The translations under genes were made by a program, and so were the position numbers. A model generated the notes under the pieces. That model was not told where the DNA came from. It searched no databases and saw nothing but the letters and a program-made list of their open reading frames with translations. A stretch of DNA of 64,000 nt. Source: Nannocystis bainbridge (GTDB taxonomy: Bacteria > Myxococcota_A > Polyangia > Nannocystales > Nannocystaceae). Positions 50,101-58,893 of the stretch are shown here, piece after piece. Each line of letters begins with the position of its first letter. Position 1 is the stretch's first letter. The DNA is taken from contig NZ_JAQNDL010000003.1 in assembly GCF_028368995.1 (NCBI RefSeq), positions 768,001 to 832,000 of the forward strand. Direction: 5' to 3'.

Positions 50101-53100
50101 CGTCGGCAAGACCTACACGGCGCTGGCGATCATCGCCCGCGCGCGCCAGGAGGGCTGGGTCCGGCGCCCCGTGATCCTCGTGCCCGGCTCTCTCGTGTGG
50201 AAGTGGCACGACGACATCCTCTGCACGTTGCCCGACTACCGCGTCGTGGTGATCGGCTCGAAGCGCAAGCGGATCACGCGCGGCGTCCGAAAGGACGTCA
50301 TCACCTCCGAGACCGACACCCCGCAGGAGCGGGCGAAGAAGTGGATCGCGCTCCAGACCGGTCAGGCCGACGTCGCCGTGCTCAGCTACGACGCGCTCGC
50401 GCGCACCAAGATGAACGAGGACGCGGTGATGGCCTATGTCGAGCAGGTCGAGGCCGTCTCGCGCTCGATCGCCCTCCGCAAGCGGACGCTCGAGGAGAAG
50501 GCGAAGAACGCCAAGCAGCGCGACAAGCTGACCGAGCGCGAGCGGGCGTTGCTCGAGCATGGCGTGCGCGCGTGGGTCGAGGAGATCCTCGCGCTGCCCT
50601 CCGACTGGGAGTACGACCCGGGCGTCGCATGGGACGAGCTCGGCATCGACATGCTCGTGATCGACGAGGCCGCTGCGTTCAAGAACCTCTACAAGCCGCA
50701 GGCGCGCGAGGACGGGGTGCCGAAGTTTATGGGTGGCGGTGGCGAGGGCTCCGACCGCGCCTGGCAGGTCGACTTCCGCGCGGCCGCCGTGCGCCGCCAG
50801 ACCGGTGGCGCCGGCATCGTCCTGCTCACCGCGACGCCCGCGAAGAACAGCCCGCTCGAGTTCTACAACCTGATCCAGTTCATCGACCCCGCCGCCTTCA
50901 CCAGGTCCGGCATTCGCGACCCCGAGCAGTTCATCGATCGGTTCCTCAAGATCGAATACCGCGAGGTCCTCGACGCCGCCTTCGACGTCACGAAGAAGAG
51001 CGCCGTGACCGGGTTCAAGAACCTCGATGACCTCCGCACGATCATCTTCACCTACGGCGAGTTCCGCACCGCCGCCGAGGTCGGCCTCAAGCTGCCGCGC
51101 CCGCTCGTCGAGACCCTCACGATCACGATGGACGAGGAGCAGGAGGCGAAGTACGCCCGCTACGTCGCGCAGATCGAGCGGATCCTCGAGAACCCGAACC
51201 CTGAAGGGGGCGAGAGCTACGCGATCCTCGGCCTCCTCGCGCGCCTGTCGCTGATCGCTCTGCACGCGTCGCTCGAGGACGGCTACAGCTACAAGACCGC
51301 GCTCGAGGGCGGCACGGTCCAGAAGCGCGTGTATCAAGACGGCGAGCCCGTCGAGGTCACTGTCCGGCTCGGTCGCCCGACCTACGAGAGCCCGAAGCTG
51401 ACCGAATGCGCGAAGCGGGTCGCAGCGAGCCCGCACTGCGGCCACATCATCTTCTGCGAGCCCACGGCGGTTCATCAGTGGATGCGCGAGGTCCTGGTGA
51501 AGCACGGGATCCCGCGCGAACGGATCGCCATCCTCAACGCCGAGGAGACCGCCCCCGCCGACCGGATCCGGATCGCCCGCGAGTTCAACGGTCTGTCCTC
51601 GGAGCCCCCCGCGCCCGGCACGTGCGCGCGTCCCACCGACAGCGCCATCGCGCCGAAGTACGACGTCGTCATCGCCAACTCGGTCGCCTACGAGGGCATC
51701 GACCTGCAGGTCCGGACCTGCACCATCCACCACCTCGATCTGCCCTGGACCCCCGCCGACCTCGAGCAGCGCAACGGCCGAGCCGTGCGCCAGGGCAACA
51801 CGCTCGGCACCGTCCAGATCTTCTACTACTTCGCCGACGGCTCGACCGATGGTTACCGATTCTCGCTCATCGACGGCAAGGCCGGCTGGCTCGGGGAGCT
51901 GATCAAGTCGCAGGTCCGCGACACCAACAACCCCGCGGCGCAGCAGCAACTCACGCCCGAGGACATCCTCCTGATGATCTCGCGCAACAAGGAGAAGACG
52001 CGCGCGTTGCTCGAGGAGAAGCGGAAGCGCCAGGTCGAGGAGGCGCGCGCCAGGATCGCCAAGGAGGCCGCGCGCCTGCTCCGGCAGGCGGCAGGCCGCT
52101 TCCGCGACGCCCGCACGAGCGCCGACCCGGAGCGCGCCGCCCGTCTGCGCGACGAGGGTGAACAGCGCCTCGCCGACCTCGAGCAGGTCAGCCCGGACGC
52201 GTGGCCGTGGGCGCCGTGGATGTACGCCGTCCGCGACGCGGACATGATCATCCCCGAGAACGGTGGCGCCCCGGTCTACGAGGGTCTGCGCGTCGCCCGG
52301 CCCCGCGCCGGTGCGCCGGACCAGCTCGAATACCTCGAGTTCGGCCAGATCGTCAGCACCGACGAGGGCGACAAGATCGGCCTACGGGCCGCGGGCTCGC
52401 CGGGCTGGCAGCTCATCGCCTACACCGGCACGCTCAACGGAACGCCCATCGCCGCCCGCGAGCTCCCGCGCGATGGCGGCCCGCTGTGGCCCGACGACGA
52501 CGACGCGCGCACAGGCGCCGCGATCGAGAAGAAGATCGACGAGGTCTTTCGCTACGGCCGATTCGAGAGCCTGCGCTGGCGCGGCGCCAGCGACGTCTGG
52601 CTGGAGAAGTGGTGGCCGCGCTTCGAGACGCCAATCACGGAGGGCCTCGCGCGGTCGCACCAGCGTGAGCAGGTGCCCGTAGTCGACGCCGAGGGCCTGG
52701 CGATCGCTACGGGCGCGGAGCTTCGCGGCGCCTCGATCGTCCCGCCAACCCGCGCCGGCTGGCAGGGCTTCCTCGAGCTCGCCCCGTCGAGCGGCGAGAG
52801 TTTTACCAACCTGAAGGACATCGGCCTGGCCTGGTGGGGCCGCAAGGTCCCGCAGGACCTGCTCTCGAAGCAGCGCAACTTCCTGCGCCACTTGATCGCG
52901 CCACGCCTGCTGGACGATCCCGCGTACCGCAACGCCCGCGAGAACTCCGACGCCCAGAACGCGCGCATCGAAAACGACAAGGCGCTCGGCCGAGTGATGC
53001 TGGCCCTCTTCAACGAAGATCCCGAGAGCCACGGCGAGCTCTACCGCCGCTTCTCCGACGACGAGGCGTTCCGCCGCTCGCTCCACGAGCAAGCCTTCGC

Positions 53101-55354
53101 CGAGACCTACTCGACGAGCGGAAAACCACGGCAGGGCGCATCAGAGAGCGACGCGGCTGAGCCCGAGGACCGCGACCAGCGCATGGCCGACCTCCCGCCA
53201 GCGACGACCGACGAGACTCGCCCACGTGCGGGACAGGCTGCCGCCAAACAGCTCGCGCGCAGACTTCGGGCCTTGCTGAGCGGCGTCAAGATCGGGCGCT
53301 TCCGGTATCACACGCCGCATAGCGAGGCGAGCGGGGACGAAGTCGAGATTGACTTCGTAGGCGAGTCGCCGGACGCACCGATTCTCACTCTGCGCGCGGC
53401 GCCCCGGCAGGGCAGCGAGATCGATCTCCGGGGCGAGCTCGCCGACGAAGACGGCGAGCTCGTCGCCAGCTTCGGCTGGATCGCCATCGAGCTCCGGGAC
53501 CTTATCGCCATGAAAGAGACCTCGTTCGCGCACTGGTTCGGTATGCCCGTCGTCGCCGAGCCGAGGCTGTCGCCCGTGATGCGCGAGGCCCTCGCTGCGC
53601 TCCGCGCGGAGGAAGAAGCGAAGCCCTATGACATGTACTTCTGGCCAGGTGTCCATGATGCGACCCGGGACAGCCTGATCGCCCGTGGACTGGTAGAAGC
53701 CCTGGAGAACAAGAAGGGCGGAGCCCCCCACTTCAGGACGACCGCGGCGGGCCGGGCCAAGCTGGCCGAAATCGGAAGCCCAGTGGCAGCAACTGCCAGC
53801 GCGCCGCCCGTGAGCGACCCCGGCCAGCCCTACGAAGAGGCCCGCGGCGCGATCAAGGCGCTGGGCTTGCCGATCAAGAAGTACGCGTACTACGTCACCC
53901 AGGCCGAGACCGCGGTCGCCAGCGGCAAGAGCTACCTGCCCATCGTCGAGCGGGCGCGCAAGACTGCCGAGAAGCTCAAAGGCGACAGCGGCGACGGCAA
54001 GCCGAGGAGCCGCGTGGTTCCGCAAACCACAGGCTCCCGCCAACGGCTCGTCGACGTCGTGCTCGACACCTTCAACGCCTCGCCGCGCTGGCGCCTCGCC
54101 CAGCTACGCACGCGCCCCAACGGCCACGTGCTCGTCGTCTACCCCGAGGGCCGCGACCCGGACGGGGCGGTGGCCGCGATCGACATCGTCATGGAGGAGG
54201 TCGACGACGTCCGCTGGCTCGACGGAGGGGTCCCACGAGCCGACCAGGACACGATCATGGAGCGCCTCGACCGTGCTCTGTGGGCCGCCTTCGAAGTGCG
54301 CGAGGAGGAGGAACGAACGAGCCAAGCCGACAAGGAGGGAGCCGACAAGGAGGGAGCCGAAACTCCCTCGCCCATCCAGGGACTCATCGAAATGATGGAG
54401 CGGCGCAGCAAGTCCCTCGGGGCACGTTCAGACATCAGCCTCGACCTCGCGCGCGGCGACGGCTACGGGCAAATCGCGGAGGCCCTGCGCGACCTCGCCG
54501 AACCGTCTGGTCCCGCCGTCGACGAACTCGAGCGCTGGCTCGAGTCGGCGCAGCTCATGGACGCGGCCCTTGTGCTGCGTCGCCGCCAGGACGCGCCGCC
54601 CCGGGAACTTCTCGCCAATCTGTGGACCGAGGTTCTATCCGCGCTCCCGCTTGATGAGATCGAGGTGGCGGAGTCCGGCGAAATGCTTGTGCCCGAGGGT
54701 GCGCTGTTCGGTGAGATCCGCAAGGAGTTCGTCCTCGAGCGAGTAGAGGACAACGGGCGCGTGTCGTTGCGGCGGATCAGTGTCTTCATGACCCCTGACA
54801 TGGAGGGCTCTCCAGCCGAGCGCACCGAGCGCGCACGCCGCAAGGCGTTTGAGCCGGAGGCAGAGCGCGCCGAGGACGAGCGTGTGTTCTGGATCGAGGA
54901 CTTCAAGGGCCGTGTGAACGAAGGATCCCGCGTGCATCGACGGTTGCGTGACGCAAAGTTCTTCGTCGATCTCTACAGAAGGATCGGCGACTTCCACGAC
55001 AACCTTCTTCGAGCACCGAAGACCCTCCAGGATGTCCGCATGCTGCTCTACTGGACGGCGGCCATGCTCGACGCCCCATTGTGCCAGGGAGACGTCAAGG
55101 CGCGGGCAATCATCGCTTTCGAGCAGGCCAAGGCGTATTACGACACCGCCCGCAGCCGGCTGATTGAGGGCAGCACCGCCGATGCCGTCCGCCGCCTGCA
55201 CGAGGCCATGCGGCGGATCAGCGCCGCGGCGGCCGAGATAGCAAAGAGTTGCGGCGAGGGGCAGATCGACATCGCCGTCACGCCGCCGCACCTGCCGGTG
55301 CGACCCGAGGACAAGGCCGCGATCGAGGGCGGCGAGGTGGAGGTGAGACCATGA
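47126..55354 (+). CDS. DarB-like N6-adenine methyltransferase plus SNF2/SF2 helicase fusion (2742 aa)
   Basis: YSGWGG, EYYTP, LEPSAGVG, NPPY; GVGKT, DEAA, TATP..NSPLE, HLDLPWTPADLEQRNGRAVRQGN. Confidence 0.9.
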   Translation: MTPAAILDKLLPRWRTKLSPNYSPEYIDGFIQRNRPMLEAVVARTMMLRRIKRGDPPKTVDEFAVYAKLVARERPKDAEPDAAVVKRVLKRMDKMLARKGDPAGQEAAGAFGVEYAELRAEAILLRRAGWDAVPLLLRRPSLALFSAGSVVVVRDAQKSLHFFPGLEDSGEKIRADVAEVQRRVLQLRDGIVDAARFDRYAMALWTRARAGGTSATPSREIETPPDLRDKSWRTEANLQAMRLVLSKEPGELTAEDLQALAQYSGWGGLSIDSVKKMLPPELVPESFGLIHEYYTPTAITESIAEALCSLLPELAGNDGIVRALEPSAGVGRLIRAFSPRRCLALEAGGQIKKIAWTAVEFSKVSSTLLRALRPDVDLYHLPFERWVRDEGPRYQGTFGLIVSNPPYGERGAMAREDPDEFYKEKRAFAYFMRRALDLLVPGGVGVFLIPAGFMSGNLNRNLREKLLRRHHLLGAFRLPSHDRKGRETVPGASVVMDVVFWRSRGGELTEVDPADDFILDGDYFKHHPDHVLGKEDGSFAGDDEAGMARSWRYKVTGDFKGLPPIEPRPVCTACVLTSIVQRDDVGTFQTVAREDDGIPADVDEDLRPALELGRRVGRYLVAVGADEADRAAQLWPELHTALRDFSTSFGNPWRSKPLRELAEGRRKLATAQQVLNAFEKTGSVVPALREAPAVAPKFSGQPDDVIAQAEGLFRQQRALTVAQLMSFHQRQGGTLSTEATLAALLAAGWNLDGDAWDQLLPSDAYLTGNDLWERHDRAVERARRGDEQAKVQARRLLEAIKPAVFDDLTDISPQHGYVPLDLVAGWISATLNGRYGAIELERKGGFVQVRGHDYTAENLPPMAPETLAFLGYYNHDPELFRPPQEKRERDAGPTSREDRAAKKQSLAERRLALAKKWDESFRAWVAADEARREQLVHAYNRIARGRVVPTFSPEPLDIVRWGSHAPKLKPHQIAGARRVLAQRGGLVAFDVGVGKTYTALAIIARARQEGWVRRPVILVPGSLVWKWHDDILCTLPDYRVVVIGSKRKRITRGVRKDVITSETDTPQERAKKWIALQTGQADVAVLSYDALARTKMNEDAVMAYVEQVEAVSRSIALRKRTLEEKAKNAKQRDKLTERERALLEHGVRAWVEEILALPSDWEYDPGVAWDELGIDMLVIDEAAAFKNLYKPQAREDGVPKFMGGGGEGSDRAWQVDFRAAAVRRQTGGAGIVLLTATPAKNSPLEFYNLIQFIDPAAFTRSGIRDPEQFIDRFLKIEYREVLDAAFDVTKKSAVTGFKNLDDLRTIIFTYGEFRTAAEVGLKLPRPLVETLTITMDEEQEAKYARYVAQIERILENPNPEGGESYAILGLLARLSLIALHASLEDGYSYKTALEGGTVQKRVYQDGEPVEVTVRLGRPTYESPKLTECAKRVAASPHCGHIIFCEPTAVHQWMREVLVKHGIPRERIAILNAEETAPADRIRIAREFNGLSSEPPAPGTCARPTDSAIAPKYDVVIANSVAYEGIDLQVRTCTIHHLDLPWTPADLEQRNGRAVRQGNTLGTVQIFYYFADGSTDGYRFSLIDGKAGWLGELIKSQVRDTNNPAAQQQLTPEDILLMISRNKEKTRALLEEKRKRQVEEARARIAKEAARLLRQAAGRFRDARTSADPERAARLRDEGEQRLADLEQVSPDAWPWAPWMYAVRDADMIIPENGGAPVYEGLRVARPRAGAPDQLEYLEFGQIVSTDEGDKIGLRAAGSPGWQLIAYTGTLNGTPIAARELPRDGGPLWPDDDDARTGAAIEKKIDEVFRYGRFESLRWRGASDVWLEKWWPRFETPITEGLARSHQREQVPVVDAEGLAIATGAELRGASIVPPTRAGWQGFLELAPSSGESFTNLKDIGLAWWGRKVPQDLLSKQRNFLRHLIAPRLLDDPAYRNARENSDAQNARIENDKALGRVMLALFNEDPESHGELYRRFSDDEAFRRSLHEQAFAETYSTSGKPRQGASESDAAEPEDRDQRMADLPPATTDETRPRAGQAAAKQLARRLRALLSGVKIGRFRYHTPHSEASGDEVEIDFVGESPDAPILTLRAAPRQGSEIDLRGELADEDGELVASFGWIAIELRDLIAMKETSFAHWFGMPVVAEPRLSPVMREALAALRAEEEAKPYDMYFWPGVHDATRDSLIARGLVEALENKKGGAPHFRTTAAGRAKLAEIGSPVAATASAPPVSDPGQPYEEARGAIKALGLPIKKYAYYVTQAETAVASGKSYLPIVERARKTAEKLKGDSGDGKPRSRVVPQTTGSRQRLVDVVLDTFNASPRWRLAQLRTRPNGHVLVVYPEGRDPDGAVAAIDIVMEEVDDVRWLDGGVPRADQDTIMERLDRALWAAFEVREEEERTSQADKEGADKEGAETPSPIQGLIEMMERRSKSLGARSDISLDLARGDGYGQIAEALRDLAEPSGPAVDELERWLESAQLMDAALVLRRRQDAPPRELLANLWTEVLSALPLDEIEVAESGEMLVPEGALFGEIRKEFVLERVEDNGRVSLRRISVFMTPDMEGSPAERTERARRKAFEPEAERAEDERVFWIEDFKGRVNEGSRVHRRLRDAKFFVDLYRRIGDFHDNLLRAPKTLQDVRMLLYWTAAMLDAPLCQGDVKARAIIAFEQAKAYYDTARSRLIEGSTADAVRRLHEAMRRISAAAAEIAKSCGEGQIDIAVTPPHLPVRPEDKAAIEGGEVEVRP

Positions 55355-55545
55355 CCGAACAACAGTTCATGCAGCGGACGCAGGAGCGGATCGAGCAGCT
55401 CCGCGACGAGCAACGGCGCCTCCATGAGCGGCTGGCGACGGACCTGAGGCAGATGCAGGGCCTGAGGATGGGCCTCGGCGTCCTCGCGGGTACCCTCGCG
55501 CTGGGCCTCGGCCTGAGCGTCGGCTACCAGATCGGGAGGCGATGA
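55351..55545 (+). CDS. Small coiled-coil tail-anchored protein
   Basis: Heptad N-terminus, GLGVLAGTLALGLGLSVGY, RR. Confidence 0.7.
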   Translation: MTEQQFMQRTQERIEQLRDEQRRLHERLATDLRQMQGLRMGLGVLAGTLALGLGLSVGYQIGRR

Positions 55546-55546
55546 G

Positions 55547-55753
55547 ATGGCCGAAGCACTCACCAAGTCGCAGTCGGAGGTCGACAACGTGCTGTTCGAC
55601 GCTACCGAACACCAGCGAACGTTTGCCCTCAATTACGGCGACGCCGTCGATAAGCTCAGGCGCAAGCTCGTTCACGAGGTCACGATCGCCACGACGGTGG
55701 GACTCGTGCTCGGGGGTCTCGTCGGCACGATTGTCGGCATGAGGAGGCGCTGA
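55547..55753 (+). CDS. Small tail-anchored protein
   Basis: VGLVLGGLVGTIVG-MRRR. Confidence 0.7.
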   Translation: MAEALTKSQSEVDNVLFDATEHQRTFALNYGDAVDKLRRKLVHEVTIATTVGLVLGGLVGTIVGMRRR

Positions 55754-55755
55754 CC

Positions 55756-56649
55756 ATGGCTCGCTCATCCGAGTGGGAGAAGCTGGAGATGGCGCAGGGC
55801 GACCCGAAACCCACATGGCCGCTGCCGACGGTGACACCGAAGTTTGCGACCTGGAGCGTCGGCGGCGGCAGGCCCTACGGCTGCGAGACCGACAAGTGCG
55901 AGCGATGGCACGCAGGCGTCGATCTCACCGGCGCACCGGATGGCGCGCTGATCCTCGCGCCCGAGGACGCGCTGGTCGTCGGCATCGATCGCGGCTGGAG
56001 CGAGGGCTCCAAGGCGGCGTTCCTGCGCACCAGCTCGGGCCTGTTCGTGGTGCTCGGGGGCTTCAAGGCCGGCTCGCACAAGGAATACGGCATCACGACC
56101 GGCCAGCAGGTGCGCAAGGGCGACAAGCTCGGGCGCGTGCTCGGCTCCTACGGGATGATTCACCTCGAAACGTACATCTCCGAGACGCGCACCGCGAACT
56201 CCGTGTGGTGGAGGACCGAACCCCCGCCGGACGGTTTGATGAACCCGACCAACTACGTCGAGCGGATGGTCGGCGACAAGGTCTCCCTGCTCCAGACGCA
56301 GCAGCGACTCGAGGCGCTCAAGACCCTCGGCTACTACAAGGGCGACCTCAGCGCGACGTGGGGGGCGACCTCCACGGAGGCGCTACGCGCCGCCCAGGCG
56401 GCTCTCGGGATTGGGGTCGACGGCAAGTGGGGACCCGAGACGGAGGATGCGATCCAGCGCGCCCTGGCCACGATCCAGGGCTGCTCCGCCGATGAGTGCA
56501 GCCCCTCGAGCGGCAGCGCGGTCACAGATGGGGCGAGCTCGGATCCTCTGAGAGCCGTCAGCCGGGTCGGCTGGTGGATCATCGGCGGCGCGACCGTCGC
56601 CGGCGTCGCCATCGGTCTTGCGGTAGCAATGCGAGCCCGCGAGGAGTAG
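55756..56649 (+). CDS. M23-family peptidase with peptidoglycan-binding domain and C-terminal anchor
   Basis: HAGVDL, VRKGDKLG, MIHLE; LGIGVDGKWGPET; C-terminal TM. Confidence 0.85.
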   Translation: MARSSEWEKLEMAQGDPKPTWPLPTVTPKFATWSVGGGRPYGCETDKCERWHAGVDLTGAPDGALILAPEDALVVGIDRGWSEGSKAAFLRTSSGLFVVLGGFKAGSHKEYGITTGQQVRKGDKLGRVLGSYGMIHLETYISETRTANSVWWRTEPPPDGLMNPTNYVERMVGDKVSLLQTQQRLEALKTLGYYKGDLSATWGATSTEALRAAQAALGIGVDGKWGPETEDAIQRALATIQGCSADECSPSSGSAVTDGASSDPLRAVSRVGWWIIGGATVAGVAIGLAVAMRAREE

Positions 56650-56680
56650 CGGGTACCTCTCGTAAGGATGGAGGATAAAC

Positions 56681-57034
56681 ATGAATGACCAACGTCGCAT
56701 GCCGACTCTCGCGACAGAACTGTCGGTGTTCTCGTGCCATCAATCCGAGCTCATCGCTGGCGTCTTGAGCAAGCACCCGAACCTCGCTTCACTCCTGGTA
56801 CGGATCGCGGAGCAGGTTTCGCGCGTTTTCAGGAGCGAGACGGTCAAGCAGCTTCGACTGCGCCCCAGCTCGGGGCCATACCCTGCCGAGGATGTCGGTC
56901 TCGTGGTGGATATCGTCGTTACCGCAGATGAGTCAGATGCCCGCGCATCGCTCGGCCGATTCGACGAAGAGTGGTGGTTCGAGGCGTCGGGGCGGTGTCC
57001 CGTCGAGATCGTCATCGACATCCGCCGGGAATGA
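56681..57034 (+). CDS. Hypothetical protein
   Basis: GGAGG RBS; RFDEEWW; somewhat lower GC. Confidence 0.6.
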   Translation: MNDQRRMPTLATELSVFSCHQSELIAGVLSKHPNLASLLVRIAEQVSRVFRSETVKQLRLRPSSGPYPAEDVGLVVDIVVTADESDARASLGRFDEEWWFEASGRCPVEIVIDIRRE

Positions 57035-57043
57035 GAGTGTGCC

Positions 57044-57721
57044 ATGAATCGTGCGTTCCTCGTCACCGCTCTCGTCACCGGCTCGGCACTGGTCGGCGCA
57101 GGCTATCTCCTGCGCAGCAGACCGCATGGGCGAGCGTTGCCTTCGAGCATCATTCCAATCGTCACGCCGGTGATCGACGTAAGGGTGGCGGAGCACGTGC
57201 TCGGGGTGATGGAGCGTCTCCCGGGAGACGAAGTCACGCTGCTCCTTCACACCGCCGGCGGGTGCGTGACGTCGTGCGTGATGATCGCCAATGCATTGCG
57301 AGAATTCGAGCGCTCGACGGCGATCGTCCCCTACATGGCGCTCTCGGGTGGCACGCTGATCGCCCTCAACGCACAGCAGCTCGAGATGGGCCGCGGGGCG
57401 TCGCTCTCGGCGGTCGACCCCATCGTCAGCGGACAACGGGCCCGACACCTGCCTGACGAAGAACCGCCGAGCGGAATCGCCGCGATCGCCCGTGAGTACG
57501 AGGTCGCCATGGCCCGGTACGTCCGCGAGACCCTGGCCGCGCGGCTGCCAGAAATGGGTGAGTCAGCGGTCAAGCGCGCGATGGACGTGTTCATGGGAGA
57601 GCACGCGCCGCACGAATGGCCGATCCGCCGGCAAGAGGTCGAGGCGCTCGGTCTTACTGTCGGCCCGGCGGCGCGTTCCTGGGCTGAAATGGTCGATGTG
57701 TATCGAAAGAGGTGGTGGTGA
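57044..57721 (+). CDS. Membrane-anchored ClpP-like serine protease (SDH_sah/S49 type)
   Basis: N-terminal TM; LLHTAGG, VPYMALSGGTLIAL, AVDP, HEWPI. Confidence 0.85.
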   Translation: MNRAFLVTALVTGSALVGAGYLLRSRPHGRALPSSIIPIVTPVIDVRVAEHVLGVMERLPGDEVTLLLHTAGGCVTSCVMIANALREFERSTAIVPYMALSGGTLIALNAQQLEMGRGASLSAVDPIVSGQRARHLPDEEPPSGIAAIAREYEVAMARYVRETLAARLPEMGESAVKRAMDVFMGEHAPHEWPIRRQEVEALGLTVGPAARSWAEMVDVYRKRWW

Positions 57722-57933
57722 TGTCGGAAATGAGCGAGCAGACCGTAGCGAAGGTGACCTGCGAGGCGCCAGGCGAGGAGCAGCCTCGCGTCGAGGTCCT
57801 GAGCGAAGCACTCTGCACCGCGTCCGAGCTGCGCCAGGCGGTCATCGCCGGCGCGATCACCTCGGGGATCTTCTGCACGATCGTGGGCATGGGTATCGGC
57901 TACTTGCTCGCCCCGCGCAGGGGGAGGGATTAG
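57721..57933 (+). CDS. Small tail-anchored protein
   Basis: AVIAGAITSGIFCTIVGMGIGYLL-APRRGR. Confidence 0.65.
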   Translation: MSEMSEQTVAKVTCEAPGEEQPRVEVLSEALCTASELRQAVIAGAITSGIFCTIVGMGIGYLLAPRRGRD

Positions 57934-57935
57934 CG

Positions 57936-58229
57936 ATGCAGTTCTCGATGCTCAACCTGCTGGCGGGCCGCCGGCACCAGCTCGGCGCCCTGGTATTGAT
58001 GCGCGGCGAGACCTTCATCGAGACGATCGAAGAGGGCGGCATGGCCGTGTTCCTCGTGCTGCGCGGTACGGCGACGGTCTCGCGCCAGCGCGCGGGAGCC
58101 CAGGCCGGTCTGCACCTGACGCCGCGCCTCGGTGAACCCGTGTGGCTGACGAGCCCGGGGACCTACTGCGTGGTCGCCAAGGATCAGGTCGTCGGCGTGC
58201 GGATGCTGAAGACGGGAGGTGGATCTTGA
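57936..58229 (+). CDS. Small beta-rich (cupin-like) protein
   Basis: VFLVLRGTATV strand pattern. Confidence 0.5.
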   Translation: MQFSMLNLLAGRRHQLGALVLMRGETFIETIEEGGMAVFLVLRGTATVSRQRAGAQAGLHLTPRLGEPVWLTSPGTYCVVAKDQVVGVRMLKTGGGS

Positions 58230-58819
58230 GCTTCGGCGGGCTCGAGATGGAGACCGCGCCGGAGACGGCGAGCTTCCGGCACTACCGCCGCCGGATGTGG
58301 CAGGCGATCCGCACACGGTTCGAGGAGGCGGTGGTCGGAGCGCGAATGCTGGGCCTCGACGACGACGAGGCGTGCAAGGTCGCCGCGCGATCTATCCGGG
58401 GGGACATCCGTGCCTTCATGTCGGAGCTCTTGACGCTCGCCCCGGTGCCGGCGCTCCTCGAGTTCCTCCCCGCTGGCCGGGACTGGGGTACGGCCGGTGA
58501 GCGGCTGTTTCAGCAAAGCGACGCGGTCACGGCGCTGATTGATAGCGCGTACCCGCGACCGACCTGGACCGAGCTCGGCTCCTTGAGCCCGCAAGCTGCC
58601 GAGGACGACGCGCAGTGGTCGGCCTGGGCGACATCGTGGGCCGCGACGCTCGGTGCCACCGACTCCGCGGCCGAGAAGGCGCTGGCCCCTGAACCGGCCA
58701 CTTCGACGATGTCCGATGCGAAGGAGCCCTGGTCGCTGCGGAGGTGGGCCCCATGGCTCGCCAGCGCGGCGGCGGTGATCAGTGCCACCACGATCGTGGT
58801 GGCGACGACGAGGAAATAG
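58226..58819 (+). CDS. Tail-anchored protein
   Basis: Ends RRWAPWLASAAAVISATTIVVATTRK. Confidence 0.65.
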   Translation: MSFGGLEMETAPETASFRHYRRRMWQAIRTRFEEAVVGARMLGLDDDEACKVAARSIRGDIRAFMSELLTLAPVPALLEFLPAGRDWGTAGERLFQQSDAVTALIDSAYPRPTWTELGSLSPQAAEDDAQWSAWATSWAATLGATDSAAEKALAPEPATSTMSDAKEPWSLRRWAPWLASAAAVISATTIVVATTRK

Positions 58820-58893
58820 GGCCCGAGGACCGAGCGCAGGGCTTCGGCCATCGGAGTGCGTGGGAGACGGGCAAGGGAGGCAGGAGGACAGCC

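Noticed and set aside
48737-51949. 1070-aa minus-strand ORF
   Set aside because: Antisense shadow of the helicase gene.
54325-54360. 15-bp tandem duplication (ADKEG x2)
   Set aside because: In-frame slippage in a linker; no evident function.
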